Source: Schizosaccharomyces osmophilus
Lineage: Eukaryota
Assembly: GCF_027921745.1 (NCBI RefSeq)
Contig: NC_079238.1
Coordinates: 2,728,001-2,792,000 of the forward strand
Length of the DNA stretch: 64,000 bases
Direction: 5' to 3'
Shown: piece by piece, positions 57,910-64,000 of the stretch
How the letters are laid out: each line of letters begins with the position of its first letter
How positions within the stretch are numbered: the stretch's first letter is position 1
Program-made: the position numbers and the translations under genes
The notes under the pieces: generated by a model
The model's input: the letters and a program-made list of their open reading frames with translations, nothing else
Told to the model about the DNA's origin: nothing
Database searches by the model: none

Positions 57910-60372
57910 ATGGCAGCAACTGCTGCAAATTGCTTATCCTTCGCCCAATTTCAACGGCTGAGGTACTTCATGGATGTGCCGACTCAAGAAACAAGTCGTG
58001 TTGAGTTTGAAGGGACTTTCGAGGATAATTGGAAGGATGATTTAGATGGCTTTTTTGATTCAGAAGAAGAATTATTTATAACAGCGGGAAGAATATTCTA
58101 CTCAAAACTTAGAGTGTTTCAAACCGTACGAAATTTGGGTAGCAAGCTGGAATGGCCAGATTTACCCTTAGCAATAAAAAAAGAATTCATTTCGCAGTGT
58201 CGTGAAGAACTTGAATCTGGGAAAACACTCCGAAATGGAGCCTTCTATACGATCCTGTATCTGTGCGCAGGAGTGTATGATTGTGTCAAAGATTTAGATG
58301 ATCATTTTCAAAGCATAGAGAGAAACATTGAATTGCTTAGAAGCTTTGGAATTCCTAGAGTTATTTATTCTATCTTTACAAATTGGAACACAAACCGTTT
58401 GCCTGGCTATATGTCGGACTTGAAAGAAAAGGAGATGCTTACTCTCTTTCTTTCATTGTTTTGCTTCTTTTTAACGGTCCCTTCAGAAAATTATGCTGAA
58501 TGGATTGAATGCGCACGTTCTCTGCAGCCATCATTAATGTCTTCCTTGGTACAATTATTTAATGACACGATGAATGAATACGAAATGGACCTTGATAATG
58601 TCAGCCTTTTTCCGTTAAGACAAATAACCTTCCTTATTTATAAAGTGTGTTTCCGTTTGTGGGGTACAGAAACGGATTTTCAAGAAAAGAAGAATGTTGT
58701 TGGGAACATAGATAATAACACATCCTCTAATAAACCAAAGACTACAATTTTAGATTATGAAGTCTTTCGCCACGAAATTGCTACCAAGTATTCCTTTTTC
58801 GCCCATCCTTTTTATTCGCTCCCGTTGGATAGAGAACAGATACATATCCTTCCTACGCTGAACACAGATTCGTTTCATAAATCCTATTTTTTATGCAGTA
58901 GTCGTCTATGTTCCCCAGAAAATCCTTCTTTACCGCTGACACACTCGAAATCAAAAGTAAACACTCGACGTGAGCAATTTCAAACGAACCAAAACTTACC
59001 TTTTGGATTTACACCTTCTATAAAAGATTCCCCCGCTCCTAAAAGTATAATAGAAGCTACTGAGCTTTTGCATCGTCAAAGCAAACACAATATTATTGTG
59101 CAGCAACTACTTTTCGAGCGAGAATACTTACGGCATTGTACACATCAGCATCTCCTTGGTACCAGTTTGAATGATGCAGTTAAATCTTTGGATTTCTCAC
59201 ATGAGAAGCCGGCAATTAATGATCCATCTGTGAGTTATATTTCGAAGTCTTATGACGACTTATTCCTTCATTTGGATATCTTCGTACAATTATCGATGCA
59301 TTTATTTTATTATACTTCTAAAAAAGTAAATAAATTATACATCGAAGCATTTTCTTCATCCGAAGCAGCAATGCAAATGCAAAGCATTAATGATATGGCG
59401 GTTGCCGACTCCCCTAGTGAGGAGATTAGTGAACCTGTGATTAAGCCGCTAGAAAAGAATTCAATAGGTGAATCGAACGAACTGGCTTCTGGCTTTTTTG
59501 TGTCAGGTAATATTTTGTACTTCATTGATACTTGCGAACTAATATTATATTCTCTGTCGGGTCTTTTCTTGATGATGATCAAATGGCTTCGTTTATCTCA
59601 TGTATTACGATCCGAAAGAATTGCAAAACTGTTGTACGATAACCATTTTCTAGAAATTCTGAGTCGCTATTTCTCAGACAATGAATCATCAATGCACGCC
59701 GAACGAGACATGAAATGTCTTCGGGGTGGCTTTTTCACATTCACTGCGAAGTCCTATAAGCAAATTTCCAGTGGTTCTTTTGTCTACTCCAAGAGTCCGT
59801 CTTATAGAAACACGCTTATTACTTTGAATTGCCTTCGTTTAACGGGAAAAATCTGTAAATATCATAATAACAGAAAAGAAACTCTAGTTAAAATTGATAT
59901 GCAGAATCATTTGAAAAGACTGCTAGAAATCCCTCATGATGTACTTAAGGGATATGCGTTGAAGGTTTTGAAATTACATATACCATATTTGGGAGTAAAA
60001 TGGAAGCAAGCCAACATGAATGTTATTACCAAAATTTATTTGCACTGTCCTCTCAATTTGCGAGATAGTTGGATCTTTCCAGAAAACAATTTGGAAACAC
60101 AACGGTCATCCAAACTTCAAGACACCTTTTTGTGTATTTTGATCCGATTTTATCATAAACGACTATATGGGAATATTTGCAATAAGTTATACGACCTAAA
60201 TATGCTTGAGGAAATTCGATTGAAGCGAACCATCGAAGAATTAGTAGAAACGAATATGATGGAGAATCTGCCAGATGCTATGTGGACCTATGCACAAAGC
60301 TCTGAGACTTCTGATTTCTTCGATAATGAACTTTCATCTGTTCTTGTACAAAATGTGTCTTCGTTTTTCTAA
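57910..60372 (+). CDS. far11: STRIPAK/SIP complex subunit Far11 (STRIP1-like)
   Basis: 820 aa; QFQTNQNLPF, P.SI.EA, KWLRLSHVL and PYLGVKWKQANMNVITKIYLHC..LRD.W motifs. Confidence 0.85.
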   Translation: MAATAANCLSFAQFQRLRYFMDVPTQETSRVEFEGTFEDNWKDDLDGFFDSEEELFITAGRIFYSKLRVFQTVRNLGSKLEWPDLPLAIKKEFISQCREELESGKTLRNGAFYTILYLCAGVYDCVKDLDDHFQSIERNIELLRSFGIPRVIYSIFTNWNTNRLPGYMSDLKEKEMLTLFLSLFCFFLTVPSENYAEWIECARSLQPSLMSSLVQLFNDTMNEYEMDLDNVSLFPLRQITFLIYKVCFRLWGTETDFQEKKNVVGNIDNNTSSNKPKTTILDYEVFRHEIATKYSFFAHPFYSLPLDREQIHILPTLNTDSFHKSYFLCSSRLCSPENPSLPLTHSKSKVNTRREQFQTNQNLPFGFTPSIKDSPAPKSIIEATELLHRQSKHNIIVQQLLFEREYLRHCTHQHLLGTSLNDAVKSLDFSHEKPAINDPSVSYISKSYDDLFLHLDIFVQLSMHLFYYTSKKVNKLYIEAFSSSEAAMQMQSINDMAVADSPSEEISEPVIKPLEKNSIGESNELASGFFVSGNILYFIDTCELILYSLSGLFLMMIKWLRLSHVLRSERIAKLLYDNHFLEILSRYFSDNESSMHAERDMKCLRGGFFTFTAKSYKQISSGSFVYSKSPSYRNTLITLNCLRLTGKICKYHNNRKETLVKIDMQNHLKRLLEIPHDVLKGYALKVLKLHIPYLGVKWKQANMNVITKIYLHCPLNLRDSWIFPENNLETQRSSKLQDTFLCILIRFYHKRLYGNICNKLYDLNMLEEIRLKRTIEELVETNMMENLPDAMWTYAQSSETSDFFDNELSSVLVQNVSSFF

Positions 60373-60902
60373 CCTGCGCTTCATTGATTTATCCTTTATT
60401 TCTCTTTCTTTACTAAATAATAAGCCTTGAAGGAAACGAATTCATGTTAATTCTAAATCTTACTGTATTCTTTTTGTTTCAACAATTCAGATAATCCTTT
60501 CAAATTTAAACGTTTTAATATCTTTACATACAAAGAAAGCTTTTCGAATGCCTTTTCGTACAAAAGTCCTTACCTAATTTGTTTACTAATAGTAATTAGT
60601 GACGTGTAAGGAAATCACTATTATCAGATCATTTTTCTTTCGCTAGTATAATATATAATTTTGTGTAGCTCCGTCGAACCAACACTTAACTCCATACACG
60701 AAAATATTTAATTAGTGAAGTAAAGGCGTTTGATTTATACTTGAGAAGAACAGCATATTCAGTTTTTCATTTACCAATTGCTTTTGCAAACAATTATTAT
60801 TTGCTGGGTATCAATTCAGCACTCGATAGTTATTTGCCCAAAACGTATTTCGAGTGAGAAGTAAAACTATTTGTAAAGTTTGGTTTTTGAAATTTCAGGC
60901 AA

Positions 60903-61910
60903 ATGGATGTATTCTTAGAGATTGCAGACAATTATGTCTTTGATTCATTGTATGGCAAAGTTGTGAATGCATTTCCTGCCTCTCCTGCCTCTCCTGTTAT
61001 GGAAGCTTCGAGCATGAACACGACTACCGCTATAATAAACAACTCTATTAGTAATTCGTCTACAATCGCGTCTGCTTTCCTTGATCGCAATAACTTGTTC
61101 CGACAAGGTCTTAGTTTGTTTTTCATCACATGGATAATGGGAACTTTATCCTATTTTGTTTCGGCATGCATAGCTTACTTTTTCTATTTCGATCGTCAAG
61201 AAGCTCGTCAGCATCCCAAGTTTTTGAAGAACCAAGAGTTGTTGGAGTTGAAGGTTGCATTATCAAATCTTCCCGGTATGGCCGTCTTAACATTTCCATG
61301 GTTTTTGGCTGAACTCCGTGGCTATTCTTATGCTTACGACGATCCAGCTGAGTATGGATACTTTTATTTGGGTTTCTCTGTTATCCTGTTTCTTCTCTTT
61401 TCCGATTTCTTAATTTACTGGATTCATCGTGGTCTTCATCACCCTTGGTTTTATGGCCCTCTACATAAATTACACCACAAATGGATCATCCCTACTCCAT
61501 TTTCTTCACATGCTTTCCACTTCCTTGATGGTTATAGTCAATCTTTACCCTATCATTTGTTTCCCTTCTTCTTTCCCTTGAATAAATATCTTTACTTGGT
61601 TCTTTTTGGATCTGTTAATTACTGGACTGTTCTTATCCATGACGGAAAATATTTCTCAAACAATGCCGTGATCAATGGTGCTGCTCATCATGCTTCTCAT
61701 CACATGTATTTCAACTACAATTATGGTCAATTTTTCACTTTGTTTGACCGTCTCTGTAGTTCTTACCGTCATCCCGATCAAGAATTGTTTGACGCTGAAC
61801 TTAAGAAAGATAAGAAGCTTCAGAAACAAAGGGTTGGTGAAATGGAGTATATGCTGAAGAATGTTGAAGGAACAGACGATCGTATGTATACTGACAAGAA
61901 AAATGCTTAA
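60903..61910 (+). CDS. erg32: C-5 sterol desaturase (ERG3 family)
   Basis: His boxes HRGLH, HKLHHKW and HASHH; HPKFLKNQ and NYGQFFTLFDRL motifs; paralogue from synteny. Confidence 0.93.
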   Translation: MDVFLEIADNYVFDSLYGKVVNAFPASPASPVMEASSMNTTTAIINNSISNSSTIASAFLDRNNLFRQGLSLFFITWIMGTLSYFVSACIAYFFYFDRQEARQHPKFLKNQELLELKVALSNLPGMAVLTFPWFLAELRGYSYAYDDPAEYGYFYLGFSVILFLLFSDFLIYWIHRGLHHPWFYGPLHKLHHKWIIPTPFSSHAFHFLDGYSQSLPYHLFPFFFPLNKYLYLVLFGSVNYWTVLIHDGKYFSNNAVINGAAHHASHHMYFNYNYGQFFTLFDRLCSSYRHPDQELFDAELKKDKKLQKQRVGEMEYMLKNVEGTDDRMYTDKKNA

Positions 61911-62138
61911 ACGTTCGTAATTCTTGTTTTGTCGGATCCTTTTGGTTTATAATAATAACGTTTTCGTCCCTCCTCTCTGGCCCTATTCCTCACTTTCATT
62001 TTCATGCCTTAAAGCACTCTTAATTAGATTTTTACTAGGTTAATTGTTGAGTCAAGAAATATTACAAGTACAAATTCCTTACTGAATTAACAAACTATGA
62101 AGTAGTAGGAAAGAAAGTTTGGAAGTATTAGTAATTGC

Positions 62139-62486
62139 CTACAAACTGTTCTGTACGCGTCGCAAGTTTCTTCTCAAAAATACTCGCCCTTGAAGTGTAG
62201 GAGTTGAATGTTTTATATGCGTCCAGCTATTAGCCCTCATTCGGTCGAGGTTTATAGAATGAGAATGACGATCGCGAATACCAAAAGGTCGGTTTCGAAC
62301 TATTATTACTTGGGTTTCAGACACATCTAAATCGGGAAGGCTCACAGATTCTAATGGTTTTTTGAATAAGTTATCTAAAGCGGAATTGAATAAATCCAAA
62401 TTAGATATCAAACGAGTTTTTCGAAACGTTGTATCAAAAGCAAAATCGATGGCCTTTGCTTGATCTATCGGTATTAAATTGGACAT
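62139..62486 (-). CDS. mis19: Centromere Mis18-complex adaptor Mis19/Eic1-like
   Basis: LIPIDQAKAIDFAFD...FGIRDRHSHSINL...RVFLRRN resembles S. pombe Mis19 as recalled; lies between erg32 and mmm1. Confidence 0.8.
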   Translation of the reverse strand: MSNLIPIDQAKAIDFAFDTTFRKTRLISNLDLFNSALDNLFKKPLESVSLPDLDVSETQVIIVRNRPFGIRDRHSHSINLDRMRANSWTHIKHSTPTLQGRVFLRRNLRRVQNSL

Positions 62487-62899
62487 AGATCGGCACAAAA
62501 CAAACCTCTCTTATAATGGAATGTAGAATAATTAGTAATGTGACGGCAATTGAGGGACAATCACAGGTAATAAAAGGAAGCTTCAGAGAGAAACGGATTT
62601 CTTAAACCGCGGTAGAAATTCAAAAAATAAATGTTAAACAGTATGAGAAAAAGGCTTTCGTATGGAGAAAACTAATGTTTCGAGTTTAGAGATATCCTGT
62701 TTTCGTTAAATAGTTCAATTATTTTAAAATTCTGTATAGTTTACTACAGTGTTCTTGCTAATTCATGAAGTATTACTAAATTCCTTTCAATCGTCCAAGG
62801 AGGATTGAATAAGTGAAGCATACGCTGAACCACCAACATTCTGTCACTGGATTGAGCTTGTCGTGATATTTGAATAAAATCTTCCTTTATGAATAAATA

Positions 62900-63995
62900 A
62901 TGGGTCTTTTAATACAGTGGTCCTTTACTCAGGGATTCATATTAGGGCAATTGTTAACGATTTCGGTTATTTATGTATTTCTTCGGTTTTTTTTATTTTG
63001 TAATCCACCACCGCAAGATCTAGCCAAAGAAGAAGAAAAGATTGAAGCAATTAAATCTCAACAATCAAAATCTTCTCCTAGTTCTCCCCCGAGTGTTGCC
63101 AATGCTACTGACAGTGCTAGACATTATTTTCAAGATACCCATTCAACTTTGGATTCCGAGTTTTTGGATGCTCTTTACAATGTTAACGAACATGAACCTG
63201 AATCACTAGATTGGTTCAATGTTTTGATTGCTCAAGCTTTAACTCAGTTCCGACATGATGCAAGCTCGAACAATGTTGCTTTGAGAAAATTAGAAGCAGT
63301 TTTAAATAAAGGTACTCAAGACAGAACAATGGTTGATCACATCTACGTGAAAAACCTTTCATTGGGTCGAGGATTCCCTGTTTTTAGTCACTGCAGAGTT
63401 CTCCGTCGAGAGCAAGGATCTTCTCAGCTACGAGCAGAAATGTTAGTTTCCTTAAATGATAATCTTACTTGTACAGTCGAAACGAAACTGCTACTGAATT
63501 TCCCAAAACCTTCATTTGCGACACTTCCTCTGTCTATAACTATAAGCATGCGAAGATTCGTTGGGAAGGTAATACAAATATTAAGAAAAAAAAAAACCTT
63601 ATTGTTCTTATCACTTCGGCGTATTTATGTTTGCTAACCTACTTTAGATGATGATTCATTTTTCTCCAAGCAATGGAGCAGATCAACCAGCTTATTTTAA
63701 TTTCTCCTTCGATCCTGATTTTGTGATCTCTTTAGAAGTCAATTCCCTTATAGGAGCTAGATCGAAACTACAGGACATCCCTAAAATCACTCAATTAATT
63801 GACTCTCGTGTCCGTCAATGGTTTATTGCTCGTTGTGTTTCCCCTCAATTTCAACAGTAAGTATATCGTTGATTTTTATACTCTATTAACCACGGACAAT
63901 ACAGAATCGCTATACCAAACTTTTGGCCCACTTCCGCCAAAGAAGGCCATGCACGCTCACAAACGACAAGTGCAGATATGCATGGCAATATGTAA
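62900..63995 (+). CDS. mmm1: ERMES subunit Mmm1; introns 63569-63648 and 63857-63904
   Basis: WSFTQGFILGQL TM segment, HEPESLDWFNVLIAQ, ETKLLLNFPKP..A.LP, SLIGARSKLQDIPKI and RCVSP SMP-domain motifs. Confidence 0.95.
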
Positions 63996-64000
63996 AAGAA

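Overview
Gene-dense, AT-rich eukaryotic DNA from a fission yeast (Schizosaccharomyces). It is not identical to S. pombe as I recall its proteins, and is probably a relative such as S. octosporus, S. cryophilus or S. osmophilus; the species cannot be fixed from the sequence alone. Gene content and order match my recollection of the S. pombe chromosome II SPBC8D2-SPBC27B12 interval: mde3, sah1, gmh4, a SPOUT methyltransferase, lip5, sed5, shq1, tac1, an orphan, bL35m, rmt3, msl1, sfc9, irs1, sfi1, histones H3/H4, tRNA-Ala(AGC), vps68, gsk31, tom40, a CorA transporter, cbp4, pho7, tom7, flx1, sip1, a DUF1640 protein, gpi13, crt10, far11, erg32, mis19 and mmm1. Many genes have short GT..CTAAY..YAG introns, so several (cbp4, tom7, vps68) are missing from the ORF track and were reconstructed by hand. 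I saw no transposon, LTR, rRNA or CRISPR. The most notable unexplained signals are two unusually long first introns with extensive base-pairing potential: tac1 (333 nt, with two mutually exclusive folds) and rmt3 (232 nt). Smaller signals include a spliced upstream ORF or UTR intron before vps68, FLEX boxes upstream of an orphan gene and gsk31, a His-repeat/CxxC segment in the CorA N-terminus, and substitutions in H3 and H4. Orthology calls rest on recognised motifs and recalled synteny, not on database searches.
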